Shown: positions 14,464-22,429, numbered from the stretch's first letter. The stretch: DNA of 24,000 bases from an uncultured Clostridia bacterium (GCA_947631445.1 CANRLN010000006.1:6216-30215); one strand, 5' to 3'. Notes: generated by a model not told the origin, from the letters alone. Numbers and translations are program-made.

Positions 14464-15693
14464 TTACCACCCGCACATCGCCTTTATTGCCGAATTTGCC
14501 GTGCAAAAGGCAATCTGAAGATTATAACCACCTGTGGTTGCATCAATATCCAAAACTTCTCCACAAAAATATAAATTTTCGCAAAGTTTGCTTTTACAGG
14601 TTTTGGGGTCAATCTCTTTGAGATTTACTCCACCCCTTGTTACAATTGCCTCATTTATAGAATGAAGTGCTTTTGCGTCAAATTTCAAATGCTTAAGTAT
14701 ATTCACCAAATTTGCTCTTTGCTCCGCTGTAATCTGATTTACAGGCTTATTATAGGCAATCCCCGAACGCTTTAAAATCATTGGCAATATCTCTTTTGGC
14801 ACAAGTTTTCTAAGCACTTGTGAAAATTCCATATTAGAAAAATTTTTAAAATCTCTGCAAATTCTTGTATCCAACTTTTTCTCATCAAGGGCAGGCTTTA
14901 AATCTATAATTATTTGATAATCGCTACATGAATTAGGGTCGATATAGCCAGAAGCAGTAAGGCTTAATGCTCCGCCCAATCCGTCCTTAACAAATGTAAT
15001 TTCGCCTAATTCTGAATAGATTGTTTTGTTGTTTTTAAGCAGACTAAGTTTAATATTTTTTAGGGTAAATTCCACTGCATTTTCAAAATCTCTCTGCACG
15101 GTTGTTATTGGCACAAGAGAAGGCAACGGCTCTACAATATTATGACCGACAGTTTGGGCAAATTTATAGCCATCGCCTGTGCTACCTGTTTTAGGGTAAG
15201 ACATTCCCCCTGTGGCAATCATAACATTATTTGCAAAATGCTTTTTTCCGTCCGCTGTGACCACTCCAAGACATTTTGAATTTTCCACAATAAGACCCGA
15301 AACCTTTTGAAAAACAATCTTTCCGCCCGCTTGTTTTATTGCGTTTTCAAGGGCGGATACAACATCACTCGCCTTGTCACTTTGCGGGAAAACTCTCCCT
15401 CCCCTTTCGGTTTTGAGTGGCACTCCAAGGTTTTCAAAAAAACTTATTGTGTCGGCGGTAGAAAAACCTGCAAGCGAAGAATATAAAAATTTAGAATTTC
15501 TAAGTATATTATCCATAACTGTTTTATTGTCGCCAATATTGGTTATATTGCATCTGCCTTTGCCGGTTATCGCAAGCTTTTTGCCGACCTTTTTTTCTTT
15601 TTCAAAAACTGTCACAGAAAGTCCCTTATAAACCGCCTGCACCGCTCCAAAAAGTCCTGACGCACCACCGCCGACAATAATTAAATCCTGCAT
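14464..15693 (-). CDS. HI0933/BaiN/YhiN-family NAD(P)/FAD-dependent flavoprotein
   Basis: 409 aa. N-terminal dinucleotide fold DLIIVGGGASGLFGA, KKLAITGKGRCNITN, the C-terminal GGVNLKEIDPKTCKSK and FCGEVLDIDATTGGYNLQ are hallmark segments of the HI0933-like family. Confidence 0.9.
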   Translation of the reverse strand: MQDLIIVGGGASGLFGAVQAVYKGLSVTVFEKEKKVGKKLAITGKGRCNITNIGDNKTVMDNILRNSKFLYSSLAGFSTADTISFFENLGVPLKTERGGRVFPQSDKASDVVSALENAIKQAGGKIVFQKVSGLIVENSKCLGVVTADGKKHFANNVMIATGGMSYPKTGSTGDGYKFAQTVGHNIVEPLPSLVPITTVQRDFENAVEFTLKNIKLSLLKNNKTIYSELGEITFVKDGLGGALSLTASGYIDPNSCSDYQIIIDLKPALDEKKLDTRICRDFKNFSNMEFSQVLRKLVPKEILPMILKRSGIAYNKPVNQITAEQRANLVNILKHLKFDAKALHSINEAIVTRGGVNLKEIDPKTCKSKLCENLYFCGEVLDIDATTGGYNLQIAFCTANSAIKAMCGW

Positions 15694-15711
15694 AAACTAT
15701 CCTTTGCCTTT

Positions 15712-16584
15712 CTAAATTTCTTCTTCATCACTTTGTGTATACACATCATACTTTTGCCAAATCTGCTCAAGGGTCTGCAAATTTCTTGAAACCATATCTA
15801 TATTTTTAACCGAAACCGCCGCAATAAGTGCATTTATAACACTCATTGGGGCAACAAGACTGTCCGCAAACGAAGCAATATCCCCTTGGGCAAGCAAAAG
15901 TTCATGGGCATATTTTGCAATCGGAGAATTTCTGCTGTCGGTAAGGGCAATAACATTTGCCCCTTTGGTTCTTGCATATTTAAGAGCCTTTGCAGTTTGC
16001 ATAGAATACCTTGGAAAAGAAATACCAATTATAACATCATTTTCATCAATACGCATAATCTGTTCAAATGTTTCACTGGTTGTAGTGGCTTTAACATTCT
16101 TGCACCTTGGAAAGATAAGATTAAAATAATACCAAAGAAAGCTCGCCAGAGCATCAGAACTTCTTGAACCTATGATATATATAGTGTGGCAACTTGCAAT
16201 CATATCAACTGCACGGTTAAAATCGCTTTTTGAAATCTGCTCCATTGTTTTGCGTATTCTTTCAATATCCGAAGAAAGAATATATTCAAAAATATCGCCG
16301 TTTTCGCATTGATTAGCTGTAACTTCCATACGCTGAACTGCTGTAAGATTGTTTCGCATAAGCTGTTGCATTGCACACTGCAAATCGGGATAACCCATAT
16401 AGCCCAACTCGCAGGCAAATCTAACAACGGTTGATTCACTAACCCCCACAGTAGTTCCCAGTTTTTGTGCCGTCATAAAGGCGGTTTTATCATAATATTT
16501 TATAATATACTCCGCAATTTTCTTGTGGCTTTTGGAAAGGCTGTCCATCTTTGCGGAAATTATTTTAAGCAAATCATTTTCCAT
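15712..16584 (-). CDS. MurR/RpiR-family transcriptional regulator (N-terminal HTH, C-terminal SIS phosphosugar-binding domain)
   Basis: 290 aa. Contains ...SKSHKKIAEYIIKYYDKTAFMTAQKLGTTVGVSESTVVRFACELGY.GY (HTH_6-type) followed by an SIS-like IYIIGSRSS...VIIGISFPRYS...GANVIALTDS. The start overlaps the DUF3006 stop by 11 nt, with an AGGAG RBS. Confidence 0.9.
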   Translation of the reverse strand: MENDLLKIISAKMDSLSKSHKKIAEYIIKYYDKTAFMTAQKLGTTVGVSESTVVRFACELGYMGYPDLQCAMQQLMRNNLTAVQRMEVTANQCENGDIFEYILSSDIERIRKTMEQISKSDFNRAVDMIASCHTIYIIGSRSSDALASFLWYYFNLIFPRCKNVKATTTSETFEQIMRIDENDVIIGISFPRYSMQTAKALKYARTKGANVIALTDSRNSPIAKYAHELLLAQGDIASFADSLVAPMSVINALIAAVSVKNIDMVSRNLQTLEQIWQKYDVYTQSDEEEI

Positions 16585-16807
16585 CTTTTTTTCTCCTAAT
16601 GCGATTTTTAAGCCTTGCTATCCTTTCTTTTCTCTCTTGTGTGAGTTTTTCATCTATGCTATAAACACCGCCACATTCTATTAGCATATCTCCCTCTTTG
16701 GCATTTTCGGGAATTTCTGAACGTGGTAGGTCAAAATTCTGCCCCTGCATATTCTGTAAAACGGCATATTCGCCCTCAAACCTATCAATGCTATATATAT
16801 TATCCAT
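16574..16807 (-). CDS. DUF3006-family small protein
   Basis: 77 aa. IDRFEGEYAVLQ....F.LPRSEIPENAKEGDML....YSIDEKLTQERKERIARLKNRI matches my recollection of the DUF3006 pattern. It sits next to a ComEC-type MBL hydrolase, the usual partner of this family. Confidence 0.75.
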   Translation of the reverse strand: MDNIYSIDRFEGEYAVLQNMQGQNFDLPRSEIPENAKEGDMLIECGGVYSIDEKLTQERKERIARLKNRIRRKKDGK

Positions 16808-16831
16808 AATAAACCAATCCTAATATTATTT

Positions 16832-17752
16832 TTAACCTGCCGATTTTTCGCAAGTAATTGTTAAATCTTTGCCGTTGGAAACACAGGTTATTGTGCCGTT
16901 TTCATCGGTTCTATAAATATTATCCCCAACATATTCTGAAATTCTTTCAAGCGGTTGTTTGTGTGGGTGGTGATATTTATTATCCTTGCCCAGTTCAATA
17001 AAGGCATATTGTGGATTAACCGCCTCAAGAAAAGCCTTTGAATTGGAAGTATTACTGCAATGGTGACCCATTTTAAAAACTTTAGCGGAAACATCAAAAC
17101 CACTTTCCAGCATTTCTTTTTCTTCGTCCTTTTCGGCATCACCAGTAAACAAGAATGAATTTTCTCCGTGAACAACTTTGGTTGCTATGGAATAGCTGTT
17201 AAGGCTACTATAATTGTTTTTGGGAAACCACATGGAAACGTCTGCATCACCAAACTTAAAATTGCAGTCCTCATATGTGACTTTTATATTTTTAACATCT
17301 ATTGTTTCCAACAAATGCTCGTATGTAAAGGTTGTTGGAATATCCTCCTCGGGAATATCGGTTAAAAACAGTTCGCCGACCTCAAAATTTTCAAGTATTT
17401 CAGCGGTTGCCCCGACATGGTCGCTGTGTGGGTGGGTACAAACCACATAATCAAGTTTTGTGATATTTTTACCTTGCAAAAAAGCTATAATATTCTTAGC
17501 ATTTTCCCATTCGCCACCGTCAATCAACATTGTCTGACCGCAGTTTGTAATAATTTCGCAGTCCCCTTGTCCTACATCATAAAAATAACAGGTAAGTTCG
17601 CTATTTTTATCGCTATTATCACTGCTTTCATCACCAATTAGCGAAAGTATTATATCAAACAAATTATCATAACCAATTACACCGCCTGCCAATGCAATTC
17701 CGCCTATGGCTACAACCGCTACAATTATCCCTGTTATTACTTTTTTGTTCAT
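16832..17752 (-). CDS. Membrane-anchored MBL-fold metallo-hydrolase, ComEC/Rec2 C-terminal-domain type (COG2333-like)
   Basis: 306 aa. One N-terminal TM (ITGIIVAVVAIGGIALAGGVIG), an acidic/Ser linker, then YFYDVGQGDC, THPHSDHVG (HxHxDH), FTGDAE, KMGHHCS, YHHPH: the motif series of the ComEC beta-lactamase-like domain. The ATG directly abuts the ftsK stop (TAAATG). Confidence 0.88.
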   Translation of the reverse strand: MNKKVITGIIVAVVAIGGIALAGGVIGYDNLFDIILSLIGDESSDNSDKNSELTCYFYDVGQGDCEIITNCGQTMLIDGGEWENAKNIIAFLQGKNITKLDYVVCTHPHSDHVGATAEILENFEVGELFLTDIPEEDIPTTFTYEHLLETIDVKNIKVTYEDCNFKFGDADVSMWFPKNNYSSLNSYSIATKVVHGENSFLFTGDAEKDEEKEMLESGFDVSAKVFKMGHHCSNTSNSKAFLEAVNPQYAFIELGKDNKYHHPHKQPLERISEYVGDNIYRTDENGTITCVSNGKDLTITCEKSAG

Positions 17753-20215
17753 TTATTTTCTCGCCTGCCTTTCAAGGTACTGTTGTTTGGTTATAAGCAC
17801 TCGCCTGCCCTTTGAGCCGTTAGCCTCGCCGACAAAGCCCATATCCTCCAGCATATCCATAATTTTTGCCGCCCTGCCAAAACCAAGCCCCAATTTTCTT
17901 TGAAACATTGTAATTGACGCTTCGGGCATATCAACAATAAGCCTAAGTGCCTTTTCAATAACCTCCTCATCACTATCGGTTTTGCTAACCTTTCTATCGT
18001 CACTTGAGGTCTGCTCGCCCTTTGGATTAGGTATATTCTTTTCAACCTCGCTGATAATTTCTTGACTATATTCACATTCACCGTCCGATTTTAGAAAATC
18101 AACCACCTTTTTGACTTCTTCGGTGGAAACAAAACTACCCTGTATTCTTATTGGGGTTCTTGTGCCTATTGGATTATAGAGCATATCGCCATGACCCAAT
18201 AATTTTTCTGCCCCGCCCTGACCAATAATAAGATTGGAATCTATAAAGTTGGAAACACTAAGGGCAACGGTACTCGGAATGTTCGCCTTGATAATACCTG
18301 TAATAACCTGTTTTCTGGGCGACTGGGTCGCAATAATCATATGTATTCCTGCAGCACGTGCAAGCTGTGCAAGCCTTTGAATATAGTCCTCAACATCTTT
18401 TGGAGCTGCCATCATCAAGTCGGCAAGCTCGTCCACCACAATAACAATTTTTGTCATTTTTTCAAGATTAGGATTTTCTTCAGCAAGTTCGTTGTATTCG
18501 TCAATTCCCCTAACGCCGTTTGATGCAAGCTGTTTATAGCGATTTTGCATTTCACCGACCGCCCATGACAAAGCACCTGCCGCCCTAAGCGGTTCGGTCA
18601 CAACCGGTATAAGCAGGTGAGGGATACCGTTATACACTGGAAATTCAACCCTTTTTGGGTCGATTAAAATTAGTTTTACATCTTCTGGGGAAGCATGAAA
18701 CAAAATATTCATAATAATAGAGTTGGTAAACACGGATTTACCCGAACCAGTAGTACCTGCAATAAGCATATGTGGCATATGCGAAATATCCCCCATTACT
18801 ATTTTTCCCTCGATATTCTTTCCGACCGCAAAGGAAAGTTTGCTTTTGCTTGATTGATACTCTTTACTACATATAAGTTCTTTTATCGACACGCTTTCAC
18901 GGCATTTGTTGGCAACCTCAACACCGATTGCCGATTTTCCGGGGATTGGTGCTTGTATTCTTATTTCCGATGCAAGATTTAAAGCTATGTCATTTTCAAG
19001 CCCTGTAATTCTGGCAACCTTAACACCAAGTGCAGGCTGAAGTTCATATCTTGTAACCGAAGGACCTCGGCAGATTCCTGTAATTCTTGCCTTGACCCCA
19101 AAACTATCCAGTGCGTCAATAAGAGTATCCGCCTTTTGTTTTGCCTCTCGTTGTGCGTCCTTAATATCAAAAGAATTTTCATGTTCATCAAGCAGTTCAA
19201 CAGGTGGAAATTTATATTTTCCCGAAGATTTTTTTGTTTGTTTGCTGACTGGCTTTTCTGTTTTATGTTCAATTATCGCACTATTTATTATTTCATCAAT
19301 ATTTTCTGGCTGGTCTGTTGGGGCAAAAACATTTGGTTTATCCATTCCCCCGCCAACCGTGGAAAATTCAACCTCAACTTCTGGTTTTAAATCCTCCTGA
19401 AATTTATTTGCTCCGCTTTTTTGAACGCCAATATGTTTAAGTTTATCGTTTTTATTAATTAAATTCTTATCCTTTGTTTTTTTATGTGATTTAAAATATT
19501 CAGAAACTTTAACAAACGGTTTAGAAACAATTTGGGCAATTTTAGTAACGCTTGCGTTGGTAAGTAGCATTACAAAAGCGACAAGCAGAACAATAACAAC
19601 TATTCTTGCTCCGACCTTGCCCAATCCTGCAAGAGCCGTCCAGCCAAACACACAGGCAGACACTCCGCCACCCTTAAGTTTACAGCCATCATTATAAAGA
19701 TTTTTTACACACTCAAAAAAGTTATTTCCCGAAACCTTGCCGACAAAGAAAATTTGAATAAACCCACAAACAACAAAAACTGTGCATACAATTTGCAAAA
19801 GCTTTTTGGTAAAAACTTTTCTATCATCAGTATTTTCAAGGAGAACAGCAATATAAACAATCACCGCTCCAATCAGATATCCCACCGCTCCAAAAAGCCC
19901 ATGAATAACATTATGTAAAAACAACCATATTCCCGAACTTTCAATTATTGATACAAAAACAAGCAGTATCCCCACAAAGAAAAGCACAATGGAGGTTATT
20001 CTTTTTTGTTCTCCGGTCATCGACTGGGACTTTTTCTTACCATCTTTGGCAGGCTTTTTTTCTTCTTTTTTGCTACTCTTTTCGGCTTTGGATTTAGATT
20101 TTTCTGATTTTTCCTTAGGCTTAGATGTTTTTTTCGGCTTTTCAGCTTTTTCCTCCGGTTTTTTTTCCGGTTCTTTTTTGGTCTTTTTTATCTCTACAGT
20201 TTTTGAAGCCACCAT
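17753..20215 (-). CDS. ftsK: DNA translocase FtsK/SpoIIIE
   Basis: The track ORF extends to 20266. I prefer the ATG at 20215 (MVASKTVEI...), with AGGAGGGAG 4-5 nt upstream. Order of elements: Lys/Glu-rich N-terminus, 4-5 TM helices, linker, motor domain with Walker A GTTGSGKS and Walker B IVIVVDELADLM, then a C-terminal winged-helix gamma domain (...SITMFQRKLGLGFGRAAKIMDMLEDMGFVG). Confidence 0.93.
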   Translation of the reverse strand: MVASKTVEIKKTKKEPEKKPEEKAEKPKKTSKPKEKSEKSKSKAEKSSKKEEKKPAKDGKKKSQSMTGEQKRITSIVLFFVGILLVFVSIIESSGIWLFLHNVIHGLFGAVGYLIGAVIVYIAVLLENTDDRKVFTKKLLQIVCTVFVVCGFIQIFFVGKVSGNNFFECVKNLYNDGCKLKGGGVSACVFGWTALAGLGKVGARIVVIVLLVAFVMLLTNASVTKIAQIVSKPFVKVSEYFKSHKKTKDKNLINKNDKLKHIGVQKSGANKFQEDLKPEVEVEFSTVGGGMDKPNVFAPTDQPENIDEIINSAIIEHKTEKPVSKQTKKSSGKYKFPPVELLDEHENSFDIKDAQREAKQKADTLIDALDSFGVKARITGICRGPSVTRYELQPALGVKVARITGLENDIALNLASEIRIQAPIPGKSAIGVEVANKCRESVSIKELICSKEYQSSKSKLSFAVGKNIEGKIVMGDISHMPHMLIAGTTGSGKSVFTNSIIMNILFHASPEDVKLILIDPKRVEFPVYNGIPHLLIPVVTEPLRAAGALSWAVGEMQNRYKQLASNGVRGIDEYNELAEENPNLEKMTKIVIVVDELADLMMAAPKDVEDYIQRLAQLARAAGIHMIIATQSPRKQVITGIIKANIPSTVALSVSNFIDSNLIIGQGGAEKLLGHGDMLYNPIGTRTPIRIQGSFVSTEEVKKVVDFLKSDGECEYSQEIISEVEKNIPNPKGEQTSSDDRKVSKTDSDEEVIEKALRLIVDMPEASITMFQRKLGLGFGRAAKIMDMLEDMGFVGEANGSKGRRVLITKQQYLERQARK

Positions 20216-20266
20216 TTTCTCCCTCCTTTTGCTGTTCCTATGTTTTTTAACATACCAAATTTTCAA

Positions 20267-21133
20267 TTACTTAAAAGTAACTATATTTCCGCTAATTCTT
20301 TCATAAACAGCCACACCGATAACCAGCACGCCGACAACGGCGGTGTATATTCCAAAAATTTTAAATTTATCCTTGTTTACCAGCCATGAAACCATTTTAA
20401 TAGCAAGTATTCCAACAATCGCCGCAACGATAAAACCAACTATAAAGGGAACAAAATCTACCTGCATTGCATTTGTCTGAACAGCGTCCTTTATTTCAAC
20501 AAGACAACCGCCCAAAATTGCAGGAATACCAAGCACAAAGCTGTAAGAAACGGCTGTTTCTCTTGTAAAGCCACAGAAAAGAGCGGAAGAAATGGTTGAA
20601 CCCGAACGGGAAACACCGGGGAGCAGTGCTACCCCCTGAAAAAGTCCAACGGTTACGGCATCGCCAGCCTTAATATCGCCGTTTTCCTTTGTGCCTTTGG
20701 TGCATTTGTCCGACAAGAACAATATAACCGAAGTATAGAGCAGACAAATTCCCTCTGCCAAAATAGAACTATCCTGACTAAAGCTTTCAAACCAATCCTT
20801 GCATATGTAAAAGGGAAGCAAACAAGCGGTTGAGATAAACACCATACAAATCATTCTTCTTTGAGGGTTCATATTCTTAAAGGTAAGTTTGCCCTTAACC
20901 AATTCTTTGCACATATGCCCAAGTTCTACCAAAAGTTCGCCGATTATTTTTCTAAAGGCAATAAACACGGCAACCAATGTGCCAAGGTGAAGTATTGCCG
21001 AAAACATCAACGCACCTTCCCCGCTTTTACCAGTAAAATGCTGAGCAATCGACAGATGCCCCGAACTTGAAACGGGCAGGAACTCGGTCAGTCCCTGTAT
21101 TATCCCTTGAAATATTGCGTCAAAAATACTCAT
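20267..21133 (-). CDS. uppP: Undecaprenyl-diphosphate phosphatase (UppP/BacA)
   Basis: 288 aa, polytopic. The N-terminal GLTEFLPVSSSGHL and the later PGVSRSGSTI are the two conserved BacA motifs. AAGGAGG RBS. Confidence 0.93.
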   Translation of the reverse strand: MSIFDAIFQGIIQGLTEFLPVSSSGHLSIAQHFTGKSGEGALMFSAILHLGTLVAVFIAFRKIIGELLVELGHMCKELVKGKLTFKNMNPQRRMICMVFISTACLLPFYICKDWFESFSQDSSILAEGICLLYTSVILFLSDKCTKGTKENGDIKAGDAVTVGLFQGVALLPGVSRSGSTISSALFCGFTRETAVSYSFVLGIPAILGGCLVEIKDAVQTNAMQVDFVPFIVGFIVAAIVGILAIKMVSWLVNKDKFKIFGIYTAVVGVLVIGVAVYERISGNIVTFK

Positions 21134-21162
21134 AAATTTCCTCCTTGAATTTTAAAAATAAT

Positions 21163-21894
21163 TTAAAATAATTTATATGAAGGCTTTTCGCTGTTTTCAA
21201 TATCGCTATAAAGCCATTCAATAGCACTGCTTAAACTTCCAACCTCGTCAATAAGCCCCTCGGCTACGGCTTGCTTGCCGTCAAGCACCGTTCCAACGTC
21301 CATCATAAGTTCGCCTGTTTCAAGGGTAAGTTCTCTGTATCTTTCGGCGGAAATCCCACTGTTGCGTGTTATAAACTCAACAATTCTATCCTGCATTTTT
21401 TGAAAATAAGCCATTGTTTGGGGAACTCCAAGCACAGTGCCGTTCATTCGCACAGGGTGAATGGTCATGGTGGCGGACGGCACAATAAAAGAACGCTTTG
21501 CACACACCGCAAGCGGAACACCGATTGAATGACCTCCGCCGACAACAATAGAAACGGTTGGAGTTTTCATTCCGGCGACAACCTCGGCGATTGCAAGACC
21601 TGCTTCAACATCTCCGCCGACCGTGTTAAGCATTATAATAAGACCCTCCACCCGCCTATCCTGCTCAATGGAAACAAGTGAGGGGATAATATGTTCATAT
21701 TTGGTGGTTTTGTCGCTTGACGAAAGCAGATAATGCCCCTCAATCTGCCCTATAATATTAAGGCAATATACAAGATGCTTTGCACCCTCAGAAGCCACCT
21801 CGCCGAATTTTTCAATAGCCTCTATTTTTTCTTTTTGGTTTAAATTTTGATTGTTTTCCTGATTGTTTTCTGTATTTTCTTTTTGTTTGCACAT
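21163..21894 (-). CDS. tepA: TepA-like ClpP-fold protein (translocation-enhancing protein TepA / YmfB family)
   Basis: 243 aa. IIGQIEGH...KTTKYEHIIP..V.IEQ...EGL.I.LNTVGGDVEAGLAIAE......PTVSIV.GGGHSIGVP.AV......I...ATMTIHPVR closely follows B. subtilis TepA as I recall it. tepA lies upstream of spoIIIE/ftsK in Bacillus too. Confidence 0.85.
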   Translation of the reverse strand: MCKQKENTENNQENNQNLNQKEKIEAIEKFGEVASEGAKHLVYCLNIIGQIEGHYLLSSSDKTTKYEHIIPSLVSIEQDRRVEGLIIMLNTVGGDVEAGLAIAEVVAGMKTPTVSIVVGGGHSIGVPLAVCAKRSFIVPSATMTIHPVRMNGTVLGVPQTMAYFQKMQDRIVEFITRNSGISAERYRELTLETGELMMDVGTVLDGKQAVAEGLIDEVGSLSSAIEWLYSDIENSEKPSYKLF

Positions 21895-22001
21895 AACCGC
21901 TACCGCCTTTTTTTAATATTTACTATAAAAAATTATGCACAAGCAGGCGGAAAATATACATGGGCAACCTAAAATTCAGAATTTACAACATTCCATTTTA
22001 T

Positions 22002-22030
22002 ATTATACCCTATTTCAAGCTATTTTGCAA
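22002..22030 (-). promoter_or_regulatory. Sigma-A type promoter for tepA and the downstream minus-strand cluster
   Basis: Minus strand reads TTGCAA (22030-22025), 17-nt spacer, TATAAT (22007-22002). The leader to the ATG at 21894 is ~100 nt. Confidence 0.6.
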
Positions 22031-22302
22031 GACAAATTTTAGCTAAAAGCAAAGCAAATGCTTTTATATTTTTTGTATGTTTTACTATGTTGAAAAATTG
22101 TTGCTTATATTATTTTATGTTTAGCATTTTTTTCGCCCACGGCGGACAGCGGAAAAACAAAGATTTTTTATAACACAAATTAACCAGTTATAAAAATAAT
22201 TATTAATTATTATTTATTATTTATCAATTGTTAAAACTGCACAAATCAAGCAGGCAATACTCAAAAATATTATTGCAAAAAATTAAAGTGTTCGTTAAAA
22301 TC

Positions 22303-22331
22303 TTGACAAATAAGATTTTTTGTATTATTAT
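22303..22331 (+). promoter_or_regulatory. Sigma-A type promoter for the aconitase gene
   Basis: TTGACA (22303-22308), 17-nt spacer, TATTAT (22326-22331). An alternative TATAAT lies at 22329-22334 (20-nt spacer). Preceded by a long A/T-rich UP-like tract. Confidence 0.6.
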
Positions 22332-22339
22332 AATAATAG

Positions 22340-22407
22340 GTAATGTTATATCTTCAGCAAACATACTTCTTTTTCAATCTATGTAACATTACAATAAATA
22401 ACATTAC
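22340..22407 (+). promoter_or_regulatory. Aconitase leader element: a 9-bp motif present three times (one inverted, two direct)
   Basis: GTAATGTTA (22340-22348) is the exact reverse complement of TAACATTAC, which occurs at 22384-22392 and 22399-22407 (15-bp spacing). All three copies lie between the predicted -10 and the RBS (GGAAAGGA, 22412-22419). Confidence 0.4.
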
Positions 22408-22429
22408 AAACGGAAAGGACTGTTTTATC

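Noticed and set aside
19989-20306. 105-aa plus-strand ORF rich in Phe/Ser/Leu spanning the uppP/ftsK junction.
   Set aside because: It is an antisense reading of the Lys/Glu-rich (AAA/GAA) N-terminal region of ftsK, which is a compositional artefact.
21935-22042. 35-codon plus-strand ORF (MHKQAENIHGQPKIQNLQHSILYYTLFQAILQDKF) in the long intergenic region.
   Set aside because: It has no RBS, overlaps the predicted tepA promoter on the other strand, and has the AT-rich composition of non-coding sequence.
22127-22157. GC-rich element tttttttcgcccacggcggacagcggaaaaa in the tepA/aconitase intergenic region, considered as a terminator.
   Set aside because: The stem is short (cgcc/ggcg). On both strands the T-run precedes rather than follows the stem, and no convergent gene ends here.
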